Shown here: positions 33,656-43,777 of the stretch, one piece after another
How positions within the stretch are numbered: position 1 is the stretch's first letter
Layout of the letters: every line of letters begins with the position of its first letter
DNA from: Clostridia bacterium
GTDB lineage: Bacteria > Bacillota > Clostridia > Christensenellales > CAG-138
Assembly (NCBI GenBank): GCA_017547885.1
Contig: JAFYOP010000006.1
Span: 34,530 to 98,529 of the forward strand
DNA: 64,000 bases
Direction: 5' to 3'
Made by a program: the position numbers and the translations under genes
Notes under the pieces: model-generated
The model's input: the letters and a program-made list of their open reading frames with translations, nothing else
Told to the model about the DNA's origin: nothing
Databases searched by the model: none

Positions 33656-34024
33656 TTATTCTCCCTTTTCCTTGGAGAAGTTGATGCACTTTGCGGGATC
33701 GTCATCCCACAGGCGCTCCATGTTGTAAAACTCCCTCTCTTCGGGGTGGAATATGTGCACCAAAATATGGCCAAAGTCTATAACTATCCAGCGGCCCTCT
33801 CCATAGCCTTCCTTGCGGATAACGGAAAGCTCAAACTCAGCCGCCTTATCCTCCAGCTCGTCGCAGAGGGTGCGTACCTGAGTGGTAGCCCGACCGGAGC
33901 ATACCACGAACCATTCCGCTACGATAGTCTTGTCCGCCACGTTGATGGCCCTTATGTCCAGCGCCTTCTTGTCGTAAAGGGCTTCGCACAGCTTAATTAC
34001 CTGTTCTTTTGTTTCCAGTGCCAA
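33656..34024 (-). CDS. rsfS: Ribosome silencing factor
   Basis: DKKALDI, EGRWIVIDFG, VHIF..EREFYNMERLW. Confidence 0.94.
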   Translation of the reverse strand: MALETKEQVIKLCEALYDKKALDIRAINVADKTIVAEWFVVCSGRATTQVRTLCDELEDKAAEFELSVIRKEGYGEGRWIVIDFGHILVHIFHPEEREFYNMERLWDDDPAKCINFSKEKGE

Positions 34025-34026
34025 AT

Positions 34027-35181
34027 TTATGCCTCCCTGTTTTTATTTTTCAGTTCTTCAAGTGCCAGAAGGGTATTTGGGTGCACATGCTCTCCCCGTT
34101 CCTTCAGGTACCCCAATCCGTGTTCAATGCAGGCTATAACGCCATGATCCAGGGATTTTTCGGTTTCCTGCCGAATACCTTCCAGTCCCTCATAGCTTCG
34201 CCCATGCTCTATTTTATCCGCAAGGTATACTATTTTGTCAAGTATTCCCATGCCGGGCTTGCAAACAGAGTGGCAGTCTATGGCGCTGAGTATCTCCGCA
34301 TCGGTCACCCCAAACTCCCTCCGTGCCCTTTCCGCACCCACTGGGCCATGAACTATTGGCCTGTGCATATCCGAAATATCTATGCCGTATTCATCGGCCA
34401 TGCTTTGCTGCTTGTCCCAAGATAGCTTTGCACAGTCGTGCAGCAGCGCCGCAAGCTGGGCCTTTTTTCCATCCGCGCCGCACATAGATGTAAGCTCCGC
34501 CGCCATTCGTACCACGCCCATTGTGTGTTCATATCGCTTTTGCCCCAGCTCCTGCTGCAGGCGTTTGCGTATGGCCTCCACCTCGTCTGTCAGGTAAAAG
34601 CCATGACGATATATGTACTCTGCCACACCGTCCGTAACAAGATGAGAAATATCTTCACCCATTTCTACAGCGGTTCGCACCATGGTGGAGGAAATATCGG
34701 GGCCTGTTATGCCGGATATTGTAATATCCGCGCCGTATTCCCTGCGGAATATTTCCGCAGCCGCTTCCATACTGCCGGAATCCGGCCTGCCCACGGCGAT
34801 AAACTTCGCCCGCCTGAAAAGCTCCGGCGCATTGTGCCATGTATCCAGCGTCAGCAGCATGTCCGCACCTATCATACAGTAAAGCTCTGCATCGGGATAA
34901 AGCTCATGCAGCTCTCCCAGCGTATCCACGGTGTAGCTTTTGCCCGGCCGCCTAAGCTCCAAATCGCAGGCCTCAAGGCCCTCTATGCCTTCAAGGGCTA
35001 TCCTTGTCATCTCCAGCCTGTGGGCAGCGGAAACCCCGTCTGCTATCTGCTTGTGAGGCGGATCATTTGCAACCATGATCAGCACGCGGTCAAGGGAAAA
35101 CATCTCCCTTACCGCCCGGACTATCTCAATATGACCCCTGTGTATTGGGTTAAAGCTGCCGCCAAACATGGCTATGCGCAT
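34027..35181 (-). CDS. nadD: NadD-YqeK fusion (NaMN adenylyltransferase + HD-domain Ap4A hydrolase)
   Basis: FGGSFNPIHRGH, SYTVDT, ISST; then RYEHTMGV, LLHDCAK, LADKIE. Confidence 0.92.
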   Translation of the reverse strand: MRIAMFGGSFNPIHRGHIEIVRAVREMFSLDRVLIMVANDPPHKQIADGVSAAHRLEMTRIALEGIEGLEACDLELRRPGKSYTVDTLGELHELYPDAELYCMIGADMLLTLDTWHNAPELFRRAKFIAVGRPDSGSMEAAAEIFRREYGADITISGITGPDISSTMVRTAVEMGEDISHLVTDGVAEYIYRHGFYLTDEVEAIRKRLQQELGQKRYEHTMGVVRMAAELTSMCGADGKKAQLAALLHDCAKLSWDKQQSMADEYGIDISDMHRPIVHGPVGAERARREFGVTDAEILSAIDCHSVCKPGMGILDKIVYLADKIEHGRSYEGLEGIRQETEKSLDHGVIACIEHGLGYLKERGEHVHPNTLLALEELKNKNREA

Positions 35182-35286
35182 AATCTGGTAACTTCCTTGT
35201 TTTTGATGTCCCAATTATACACCATATCTCCCTTGCTGTATAGTTTGGCCGGATAAGGTAAACAATAGTAGACGAGGTGATATTTT

Positions 35287-36114
35287 ATGAAAAGCAATCC
35301 TGCAATGGTTCGCTGCTGCCGCAAAAAGCTCCGTAAGGGACGCAGTATATTCTCTCAGGCGGTGGATTATATCGCCCTGAGGGGGCTGATATTCATGCTG
35401 TGCTATATGTGGTTTGGCGGCAACATACAAAATAACGTGGCAAAAGTACTGCTGAGCGTTGTTACCGCAGTTTTTATATCCATTTCTCTGGATCTGATAA
35501 ACAGCCTTCGCCTTGACTCTCTCATAAAAAAGGAGCGCTCCGCCGCAGCGGAACAGGAGCTGGAGCGGCGCATATCACTGCTCAGCGAAAAGGAGCGCAA
35601 CGCCTTTATCGCAAGGCATATTTCCTCCCATCGGGAAAGCTTTGGCAACGACAGGCTGGTATGTCATGTAGGGCGTGCCTCCGGGATAACCGTCGATGAC
35701 GTAGTTAAGGCCGCCCGTGCCGTCCGCGAAAAAAATGCAACTTCAGCGGTTCTGTTTTACAGCGGCAGCATCTCCCCCCAGGCTGAAAAAACCGCATACC
35801 GCCTGGAAGACATTCCCATGGAGTTTATTCCCCTCAGTTCAATACTGTGCAAGGAGGAGCTTAGCGGGCTTATGCCCACATCAGAGGAAACCGACGCAAT
35901 CGTAATTTCCCATGCAGAAGCGGAACACCGCAAGCGCAGAGCTGCAATGACCTCCCCCTTTGCCGAGGGGCATACCCGCAAATATCTTTTGTGTGCCGCC
36001 TGCCTTACCGCAATGTCATTCTTTGTGGAATCCGCCCTTTACTTTCGCCTTATGGCGGCAGCCTGCATCATGATGGCAGCCGCCGCATGGTGGGTAAACA
36101 AGGCCGCCGCATAA
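35287..36114 (+). CDS. Hypothetical membrane protein
   Basis: 275-aa ORF with GAGGTG RBS, two N-terminal and two C-terminal hydrophobic helices, terminator directly after. Confidence 0.7.
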   Translation: MKSNPAMVRCCRKKLRKGRSIFSQAVDYIALRGLIFMLCYMWFGGNIQNNVAKVLLSVVTAVFISISLDLINSLRLDSLIKKERSAAAEQELERRISLLSEKERNAFIARHISSHRESFGNDRLVCHVGRASGITVDDVVKAARAVREKNATSAVLFYSGSISPQAEKTAYRLEDIPMEFIPLSSILCKEELSGLMPTSEETDAIVISHAEAEHRKRRAAMTSPFAEGHTRKYLLCAACLTAMSFFVESALYFRLMAAACIMMAAAAWWVNKAAA

Positions 36115-36116
36115 TA

Positions 36117-36139
36117 AAAGCCCGCATATGCGGGCTCTT
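36117..36139. terminator. Terminator hairpin between convergent genes
   Basis: AGCCCGCATATGCGGGCT palindrome. Confidence 0.7.
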
Positions 36140-36150
36140 ATTGCTGTCGG

Positions 36151-36438
36151 TTATATTTCGATGCGGGGATTTTCGCGGCTGGCCCTATACAGCACCAGTT
36201 TGCGGCCTATGCACTGCACAGGCTCTGCGCCCAAAGCTTCGCAAAGCATGTCGGATGCCTCACGGGCGGTAACGTCTGCGGTCTCCAGTATGCTTATCTT
36301 GATAAGCTCGCGGGTCTCCAGTACGCCGTCGATCTGCTCTACGAAATTCTCGTTGATATTGCCCTTGCCTATCTGAAATACCGGCTGAAGGGTGTTTGCC
36401 ATGGCCCTGAGGGCCGCTCTCTGTTTGCCTGTAAGCAT
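36151..36438 (-). CDS. yhbY: RNA-binding CRM-domain protein
   Basis: LTGKQRAALR, FQIGKG, RELIKI, VQCIGRKLVLYR. Confidence 0.93.
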   Translation of the reverse strand: MLTGKQRAALRAMANTLQPVFQIGKGNINENFVEQIDGVLETRELIKISILETADVTAREASDMLCEALGAEPVQCIGRKLVLYRASRENPRIEI

Positions 36439-36456
36439 ATATATCCTCTCCTAAGC

Positions 36457-37731
36457 TTATTCTATAAAGTCAAATTCCCACTCGCCCATGCGGATGGTAC
36501 TGTCCTCGGTAGCTCCCGCCTCACGCAGGGCGTCAATTATGCCCTCGCGGATAAGGAACTGCTGGAAGCGGCGCATTGATTCGTCATCCTCCGCATAGGT
36601 GGTATCCAGCAGGTATTCTACGCTGCCGCCGGTGACCACAAATACGCCGTCTTCGATATTAATTTCAAAACCGGGCTCGTACTTGTAGCCTTCTGTTATC
36701 TCATCCTCATCGTACTCAAGGGGCTTGGGCAGGGTTGCCAGTGTCTTTACTATCTCATCCAGCAAGGCGTCAAAGCCGGATACGGTTGCAGCGGATACGG
36801 GGAATACCTTAACATCCTGACCCATCTCCTTAAGCTCATCGCAGAACAGCTCAAGGTTATCCTCGGAGCCTGTGATGTCCATCTTATTGGCGGCTACCAT
36901 CTGCGGGAGAGCTGCAAGATTTTCGCTGAACTTTGAAAGCTCTTCGTTTATCTGCTTATAGTCCTCCATAGGGTCGCGGCCTTCGCAGCCGGATATATCC
37001 ACAACATGCACCAGCATGCGGGTACGCTCAACGTGCCTGAGGAAGTCATGGCCAAGACCTGCGCCCTCTGCTGCGCCCTCGATAAGGCCGGGAATATCCG
37101 CAAGGACAATTGTCTCCTCATAGCGCTTTACCACGCCCAGATTTGGGGTAAGGGTGGTAAAGTGGTAGTTGGCGATCTTTGGCTTTGCGCTGGTCAGCAC
37201 GGAAAGTATGGTGCTCTTGCCAACATTGGGCAGACCCACAAGGCCCACGTCCGCAATGGTCTTAAGCTCCAGCTCCACCTCGTGCTCCACAGTCTTCTGG
37301 CCGGGCTGGCAGAACTTGGGAGCCTGTCGGGTAGGGGTAGCGTAGCGGGCATTGCCCTTGCCGCCCCGTCCGCCGTGGAGAACCACGCGCTCACGGCCCG
37401 GCTTGTTCATGTCCGCAACTATGCGGCCGGTTTCAACTTCCCTTACAAGGGTACCTACGGGAACCTTGATTATCAGATTCTCGCCGTTCTTGCCCCGGGA
37501 CATTTTTGCCTTGCCGTTTTCGCCCCGCTGTGCCTTATAGTGGCGCTGGAAGCGGAAGTCCAGCAATGTGTTCATATTTGGATCCGCATAGAATACTATG
37601 CTGCCGCCTCTGCCGCCGTCGCCGCCGTCAGGGCCGCCCTGAGCTACGTATTTTTCCCGGTGGAAACTGGAACAGCCGTCTCCGCCGTCTCCGGATTTTA
37701 TGATTATCCTGGCCTTGTCTACAAACTGCAT
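36457..37731 (-). CDS. obgE: GTPase Obg
   Basis: Gly-rich Obg fold, GLPNVGKST, YHFTTLTPNLG, DIPG, NKMD. Confidence 0.97.
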   Translation of the reverse strand: MQFVDKARIIIKSGDGGDGCSSFHREKYVAQGGPDGGDGGRGGSIVFYADPNMNTLLDFRFQRHYKAQRGENGKAKMSRGKNGENLIIKVPVGTLVREVETGRIVADMNKPGRERVVLHGGRGGKGNARYATPTRQAPKFCQPGQKTVEHEVELELKTIADVGLVGLPNVGKSTILSVLTSAKPKIANYHFTTLTPNLGVVKRYEETIVLADIPGLIEGAAEGAGLGHDFLRHVERTRMLVHVVDISGCEGRDPMEDYKQINEELSKFSENLAALPQMVAANKMDITGSEDNLELFCDELKEMGQDVKVFPVSAATVSGFDALLDEIVKTLATLPKPLEYDEDEITEGYKYEPGFEINIEDGVFVVTGGSVEYLLDTTYAEDDESMRRFQQFLIREGIIDALREAGATEDSTIRMGEWEFDFIE

Positions 37732-37762
37732 GGTATTTTTCCTTTGCTGATAATTTTGTGCT

Positions 37763-38416
37763 TTATATCTTTTTGTCCAGATATGCCCTGCAGTATTCCC
37801 GCACGGTGCATATATCGCATTTGGGCTTTCTTGCGGCGCACACCTGCCTGCCGTGAAGTATTATCCAGTGGTGTGCCTTGGACCAGTCCTCTTTTGGGAT
37901 GTTTTTCATAAGCTGCTGCTCGGTTTTTGTTACATCCGCCGCCTTTGCAAGGCCGATCCTGTTGGACACCCTGAAAACATGGGTATCCACCGCAATGGCG
38001 GGAACGCCAAAGGCGTTTGACACCACAACGTTTGCGGTTTTGCGCCCTACGCCGGGAAGGTTGGTGAGGGTATCCCTGTCCTCCGGAACCTTATCGCCGT
38101 ACTGCTCGTGGATTATCTTTGCCGTGGCAACCAGATTCTTTGCCTTGGTATTGAACAGGCCGCAGCCGCGTATGTATGGAATTATCTCCTCAGGAGTTGC
38201 CGCGCCGAGCTTTTCGGGAGTACCGTACACAGGGAAAAGCTCCTTTGTGACCATATTCACCCGCTTGTCCGTGCACTGGGCAGACAGCATGGTGGCCACC
38301 AGCAGCTCAAAGGGATTGGTAAAATCCAAACCCGGCTTTGCGTCAGGGTATGCTGCCTCAAGAGCCGCCAGCGCGGATTGTATTCTTTGCTTTTTTTCCG
38401 CCGCTTTCTCCGCCAT
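37763..38416 (-). CDS. nth: Endonuclease III
   Basis: LSAQCTD, LPGVGRKTAN, VDTHV, C-terminal Cx6Cx2Cx5C. Confidence 0.95.
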   Translation of the reverse strand: MAEKAAEKKQRIQSALAALEAAYPDAKPGLDFTNPFELLVATMLSAQCTDKRVNMVTKELFPVYGTPEKLGAATPEEIIPYIRGCGLFNTKAKNLVATAKIIHEQYGDKVPEDRDTLTNLPGVGRKTANVVVSNAFGVPAIAVDTHVFRVSNRIGLAKAADVTKTEQQLMKNIPKEDWSKAHHWIILHGRQVCAARKPKCDICTVREYCRAYLDKKI

Positions 38417-38508
38417 GTTATCCCCCTTTCCCCATATCATTACATAATTTGCTAATTTATTATTTTACACCAAATATTAATGCATTTCCAGAGATAAATA
38501 TTGCCTCA

Positions 38509-39393
38509 TCACTGTTTTTTGCTTTCCCTGCCGCAGTATTCATACACAAAGTCCAGCAGCTTATTCAGCGCAGGAGCTCCCTCTGAATTTGACGGCAGCG
38601 CAATGCCAAGCACCCTGTGATACTCCGGCTCCAATGGCCTCAGCACCAGCCCCTCGGGCCGCCTTGACAGCACCAGCTCAGGCACCAGCGATACCCCCAG
38701 CCCCTTTGCTATCATGGACTGTATTGCCTCATCTCCACGCACCCTGAAGCGTACCTTTGGGGTAAGCTTTTCCCCTTCAAATACCCGATTTGCATCCTCA
38801 TCAGAGCCCTGCTGCTGCAGAATAAAGGGATATTCCAACAGTTTTTGGGGTCTGATGCGCTCATTATCCGCAAGAGGGTGACCTTCGGGCAAAACCGCAT
38901 ATATCGGATCATCAAACAGGGGTATAAAGGAAAACTCCTCAGGTACAGGCAGCGACATAAAGGCAAGGTCTATCTTGCCCTGATGCAGCCACTGGCATAT
39001 TTCGCCATGCTCCCCAACAAAAAGCTGCAGCTCCACGCCGGGGTGCATTTCGGTAAACTCCGCAACTATGCTGGGCAAAAAATGTATGGACAGGCTGAAA
39101 AAGCAGCCTATGCGAAGGGTGCCCACATCTGCGCCGTGTATTCGCCCCACCTCTTCCATCAGCTTCTGCTCGCCGTTTACTATCTGGCGCACATAGCCCA
39201 GCAGCTTTTCCGCCTCCGCCGTGGGGGTTACGCCGTTTTTGCCCCGTATCAGCAAGGGAAAACCAAATTCATCCTCCAGCGAAAGTATCATGTGGCTTAT
39301 GCCGGGCTGGGTATAGTTCAGCCGCTCCGCCGCCCTGGTAAGGCTGCCTGATTCTATGGTCTCCAGCAGCGCCCTGTATTTCTTAATACTCAT
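38509..39393 (-). CDS. LysR family transcriptional regulator
   Basis: GSLTRAAERLNYTQPGISH HTH; divergent from the hypD operon. Confidence 0.93.
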   Translation of the reverse strand: MSIKKYRALLETIESGSLTRAAERLNYTQPGISHMILSLEDEFGFPLLIRGKNGVTPTAEAEKLLGYVRQIVNGEQKLMEEVGRIHGADVGTLRIGCFFSLSIHFLPSIVAEFTEMHPGVELQLFVGEHGEICQWLHQGKIDLAFMSLPVPEEFSFIPLFDDPIYAVLPEGHPLADNERIRPQKLLEYPFILQQQGSDEDANRVFEGEKLTPKVRFRVRGDEAIQSMIAKGLGVSLVPELVLSRRPEGLVLRPLEPEYHRVLGIALPSNSEGAPALNKLLDFVYEYCGRESKKQ

Positions 39394-39403
39394 ATGATCC
39401 TCA

Positions 39404-39420
39404 CATTCAAAAACAGAATG
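39404..39420. promoter_or_regulatory. Putative LysR binding site (T-N11-A)
   Basis: CATTC-N7-GAATG inverted repeat between lysR and the activase gene. Confidence 0.6.
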
Positions 39421-39542
39421 ATATACATTCCGAACATTCAGTTTTATTATAACACAAAACATTGTATAATAATTAACGTATAAAGGCAACTCTTGTTATT
39501 TTTCATCAAAAAATCAAAGGGCAGCACGCCCGGAGGTATTTC

Positions 39543-40457
39543 ATGTCCACTCCTTTGGTAACCAACATACAGCGATATTCCATACATGACGGCGACGGTA
39601 TACGCACTACGGTGTTTTTCAAGGGCTGTACCATGGCCTGCAAGTGGTGCCACAATCCCGAAACACAGGAATTCTCCGCCGAGCCCATGCGCAACGGCGA
39701 CAGATGCGGAGGCTGCGGCCGCTGTGCCGAAGTTTGTCCCGAACACGCCATCTCGCTGGAAAACGGCATATCCGTTACCGACCGCGAGTCCTGTACCCGC
39801 TGCGGTACCTGCATTGACGAATGCTACAACGATGCCCGCAGCATATCCGGCAGAGCGTATCCTGTAAAGGAACTGGTTGAGCTGCTGGTAAAGGACCGCA
39901 TGCACTGGGAAGCCTCCGGCGGCGGCGTTACCCTGTCCGGCGGCGAGGTAATGGCCCAGGATATGGACTACATTACCGACCTTATGAAGCGTCTTCACGC
40001 CAAGGGTCACTCCATCAACATAGACACCTGCGGCTTTGCCCCATATGAAAACTACGAAAAGGTACTGCCCTACGCAAATGTCTTCCTTTACGACGTAAAG
40101 GCTATCAATGACGAAGTGCATAAGGCAAACACCGGAGTCAGCAACAAGCTGATACTGGAAAACCTTGCAAAGCTTGGCAAGGCAGGGGCAAGGATATACC
40201 TCCGCATGCCCCTTATCAGCGGCCTGAACGACTCCACAGATGACATGCTCAGGGTAATAGACTTCCTCAGGGAAAACAGCGTACCCATACTTCAGGTAAA
40301 CCTGCTGCCATACCATGAGCTTGGTCAGGATAAGCTGGAAAAGCTGGGCAAGGCCCGCCACGATACAAATTTTGCTCCCCCTTCAAACGAACACCTTAAC
40401 GAGCTGGTACAGCTCTTTAAACAAAACGGATACCAGAACACACGGATAGGAGGATAA
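39543..40457 (+). CDS. Glycyl-radical enzyme activating protein (HypD activase)
   Basis: HDGDGIRTTVFFKGC, CxxxCxxC, ferredoxin insert, GGVTLSGGE. Confidence 0.93.
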   Translation: MSTPLVTNIQRYSIHDGDGIRTTVFFKGCTMACKWCHNPETQEFSAEPMRNGDRCGGCGRCAEVCPEHAISLENGISVTDRESCTRCGTCIDECYNDARSISGRAYPVKELVELLVKDRMHWEASGGGVTLSGGEVMAQDMDYITDLMKRLHAKGHSINIDTCGFAPYENYEKVLPYANVFLYDVKAINDEVHKANTGVSNKLILENLAKLGKAGARIYLRMPLISGLNDSTDDMLRVIDFLRENSVPILQVNLLPYHELGQDKLEKLGKARHDTNFAPPSNEHLNELVQLFKQNGYQNTRIGG

Positions 40458-40464
40458 ACAACAA

Positions 40465-42861
40465 ATGGAAGAACGCGGAATGAACGCAAGGGTAAAAATG
40501 CTGCGCAAGCAGAGCGTTGAGACCCAGCCCCACATCTACATGGAGCGCGCAAAGCTCATGACCGAGGCATACAAGCTGTATGACGGCTCCATGTCCGTAC
40601 CCGAAATGAGAGCGACCGCCCTCAAGTATTACTTTGAGCGCAAGAGCATTGAGATCGCCGAGGGTGAGCTTATCGTAGGCGAAAAGGGCGACACCGCTCA
40701 GGCTTCCCCCACCTTCCCCGAGCTGTGCTGCCATACCCTGCAGGACATGCAGGTAATGAACGACCGCGACCTTATCAACTTCACCGTTACCGAAGAGGAC
40801 ATGAAGCTGCAGGAAGAGGTCATCATCCCCTACTGGGAGCACCGCAGCACCCGCCACAAGATAATCAACGCCATGACTCCCGAATGGAAGCTGGCATATG
40901 AATCCGGCATATTTACCGAGTTTATGGAGCAGCGCGGCCCCGGCCATACCGTAGGCTCCCGCAAAATATTCGAAAAGGGTTTCCTCGACTATAAGAAGGA
41001 CATTGAAGACGCCATCGCCAAGCTGGACTTCCTCAATGACATGAACGCCTACAGCAAACTGAACCAGCTGAAGGCCATGGCCATAGACTGCGATGCCATC
41101 ATCATTCTGGCAAACCGCTACGCCGACCTTGCCGAAAAGATGGCCGCTGAAGAGACCCGTCCCGAGCGCAAGGCAGAACTGCTGCAGATAGCAGAAAACT
41201 GCCGCTGGGTTCCCGCCAACAAGCCCAAGACCTTCTGGCAGGCAATTCAGCAGTACTGGTTCGTACACATCGGCGTAACCAGCGAGCTCAACCCCTGGGA
41301 CGCATACTCTCCCGGCCGTCTGGATCAGCATTTGAATCCCTTCTATGTGGCAGACGTTGATGAAGGACGCATAGACCGGGACGGCGCTCTGGAGCTGCTG
41401 GAGTGCCTATGGGTCAAGTTCAACAACCAGCCCGCTCCTCCCAAGGTAGGCATCACCCTCAAGGAGAGCAGCACCTATACCGACTTCGCCAACATCAACA
41501 CCGGCGGTATTACTGAAGACGGCCGCGACGGCGTAAACGAAGTAAGCTACCTGATACTGGACTGCATGGACGAGATGAAGCTGCTGCAGCCCTCCAGCAA
41601 CGTACAGATAAGCCGCAAGACCCCCCAGAAGTTCCTTAAGAGGGCCTGCGAGATATCCCGCAAGGGCTGGGGACAGCCTGCCTTCTACAATACCGAGGCC
41701 ATAGTTCAGGAGCTGATGAACGCCGGCAAGACCCTTGACGACGCACGCATGGGCGGCACCTCCGGCTGCGTTGAAACCGGCGCATTCGGCAACGAGGCAT
41801 ACATCCTTACCGGCTATTTCAACCTGCCCAAGATACTTGAGCTGACCATGTACGACGGCTACGACCATATCGGCGGCCGCCAGCTTGGCCTGCATACCGG
41901 CTTGGCAAAGGACTTCAAGAGCTATGAAGAGTTCTTTGAGGCCTATAAGAAGCAGATAAAGTACTTTGTGGATATCAAGGTAAACGGCAGCAACGTTATC
42001 GAGCAGGTATTTGCCCAGTACATGCCCGCTCCCTTCCTTTCCATCATCACCAATGACTGCATCCGCGACGGCAGGGACTACAACGCAGGCGGCGCACGCT
42101 ACAACACCAACTACATTCAGGGCGTAGGTATCGGCACCATCACCGACTGCCTTGCCGCCATCAAGTACAACTGCTTTGACAACAATAATTTCACCATGGA
42201 AGAGCTGGTTGAGGCCATGGATCATAACTTCGAAGGCTATGACCGCATCTACCATCTTGTATCCCACAAGACTCCCAAATACGGCAACGACGATGACTAT
42301 GCCGACAGCATCATGAAGGAGATCTTCGAATACTATCGCGACTGCGTGACCGGCAGACCCAACACCAAGGGCGGATATTACCGCATCAACATGCTGCCCA
42401 CCACCTGCCACGTATACTTCGGCGAGGTCATGGGCGCATCCCCCAACGGCCGCCTTGCACACAAGCCCGTATCCGAAGGCATCTCCCCCGAAAAGGGCGC
42501 CGATCTGTTTGGCCCCACCGCTGTTATCAATTCCTGCGCCAAGATGGACCACCTGTCCACCGGCGGCACGCTGCTGAACCAGAAATTCACCCCCTCTGTG
42601 GTTGCGGGCGAAGTAGGCCTTGACCAGATGGCAAACCTTATCCGCGCATACTTCAACATGGATGGTCACCACATCCAGTTCAACGTTATCGACCGCAAGA
42701 CCCTCCTTGCCGCCCAGGCAAACCCCGAGGAGTACAAGGACCTTATCGTCCGCGTTGCAGGCTACAGCGATCACTTCCGCAACCTGAGCAAGGAACTGCA
42801 GGATGAGATCATCAACCGTACCGAGCAGAGCTTTGACGACGTACCCGGCAGCGTTTGCTGA
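40465..42861 (+). CDS. hypD: trans-4-hydroxy-L-proline dehydratase (glycyl radical enzyme)
   Basis: FTEFMEQRGPGHT, NPWDA, ESSTYTDFAN, SGCVE, LPTTCH, RVAGY as in C. difficile HypD; proC adjacent. Confidence 0.93.
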   Translation: MEERGMNARVKMLRKQSVETQPHIYMERAKLMTEAYKLYDGSMSVPEMRATALKYYFERKSIEIAEGELIVGEKGDTAQASPTFPELCCHTLQDMQVMNDRDLINFTVTEEDMKLQEEVIIPYWEHRSTRHKIINAMTPEWKLAYESGIFTEFMEQRGPGHTVGSRKIFEKGFLDYKKDIEDAIAKLDFLNDMNAYSKLNQLKAMAIDCDAIIILANRYADLAEKMAAEETRPERKAELLQIAENCRWVPANKPKTFWQAIQQYWFVHIGVTSELNPWDAYSPGRLDQHLNPFYVADVDEGRIDRDGALELLECLWVKFNNQPAPPKVGITLKESSTYTDFANINTGGITEDGRDGVNEVSYLILDCMDEMKLLQPSSNVQISRKTPQKFLKRACEISRKGWGQPAFYNTEAIVQELMNAGKTLDDARMGGTSGCVETGAFGNEAYILTGYFNLPKILELTMYDGYDHIGGRQLGLHTGLAKDFKSYEEFFEAYKKQIKYFVDIKVNGSNVIEQVFAQYMPAPFLSIITNDCIRDGRDYNAGGARYNTNYIQGVGIGTITDCLAAIKYNCFDNNNFTMEELVEAMDHNFEGYDRIYHLVSHKTPKYGNDDDYADSIMKEIFEYYRDCVTGRPNTKGGYYRINMLPTTCHVYFGEVMGASPNGRLAHKPVSEGISPEKGADLFGPTAVINSCAKMDHLSTGGTLLNQKFTPSVVAGEVGLDQMANLIRAYFNMDGHHIQFNVIDRKTLLAAQANPEEYKDLIVRVAGYSDHFRNLSKELQDEIINRTEQSFDDVPGSVC

Positions 42862-42942
42862 TAACACCAATATGCACAGGAGCGCACTGCGCTCTTGTGC
42901 TTTTATCGGACTTTACCACTAAACATTCAGGAGGAAAATACA

Positions 42943-43731
42943 ATGAAAATAGGATTCCTTGGCGCAGGCGCAATGGGCGGTGCAATTCTCTCAGGCGCCG
43001 TAAAGGCCGGCGTTCTTGACCCCAAAGACGTATACGTATATGACGTATCCGAAAAGATACTGGAAAAATACGCCGAAATGGGCTGCAATATCTGCAGCAG
43101 CAACGAGGATCTGGGCAATAAGAGCGATGTAGTAGTGCTGGCCGTAAAGCCCCAGTATGCAGCACCCGCCCTTGCCACCCTTGGCAGTTCCTTGGACGGC
43201 AAGGCTGTTATCTCCATAATGGCAGGCGCCACCACCCAGCGCATCCGCAGCATGATACAGGGCAATATCCGTGTGCTGCGCTGCATGCCCAACACCCCTG
43301 CCCTTGTAAACGCAGGTGCATTTGCCCTGTGCAGCGAAACCGACCTTACCGCCGAAGAAAAAGCCTTTGCAGAAAAGCTGTTCACCTCCATCGGCATAGT
43401 TGAATGGATGAACGAAAAGCTTATTGATACCGCCTGCGGCCTCTCCGGCTCCGGCCCCGCATTCGTTGCGCTGTTCATCGAAGCCCTTGCAGACGGCGGC
43501 GTACTTGAAGGCCTTCCCCGCGCCACCGCTTACCGCCTTGCCGCTCAGACTGTAATGGGCACCGCAAAGCTTGTAATGGACACCGGCATGCATCCCGGTC
43601 AGGTAAAGGATATGGTATCCTCCCCCGGCGGCACCACCATAACCGGCTGTCAGGTACTGGAAGAAATGGGCTTCCGCGCCGCCGCAATAGATGCGGTTCA
43701 GGCCGCCACCAACAAATCCAGGCAGCTGTAA
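42943..43731 (+). CDS. proC: Pyrroline-5-carboxylate reductase
   Basis: GAGAMG, AVKPQ, RCMPNTP, SGSGPAF, SSPGGTT. Confidence 0.95.
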   Translation: MKIGFLGAGAMGGAILSGAVKAGVLDPKDVYVYDVSEKILEKYAEMGCNICSSNEDLGNKSDVVVLAVKPQYAAPALATLGSSLDGKAVISIMAGATTQRIRSMIQGNIRVLRCMPNTPALVNAGAFALCSETDLTAEEKAFAEKLFTSIGIVEWMNEKLIDTACGLSGSGPAFVALFIEALADGGVLEGLPRATAYRLAAQTVMGTAKLVMDTGMHPGQVKDMVSSPGGTTITGCQVLEEMGFRAAAIDAVQAATNKSRQL

Positions 43732-43745
43732 TAACACCACATACA

Positions 43746-43777
43746 AAAACAGGGCTGAATCTCAGCCCTGTTTTTTA
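43746..43777. terminator. Bidirectional terminator
   Basis: AAAACAGGGCTGA-ATC-TCAGCCCTGTTTT. Confidence 0.85.
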
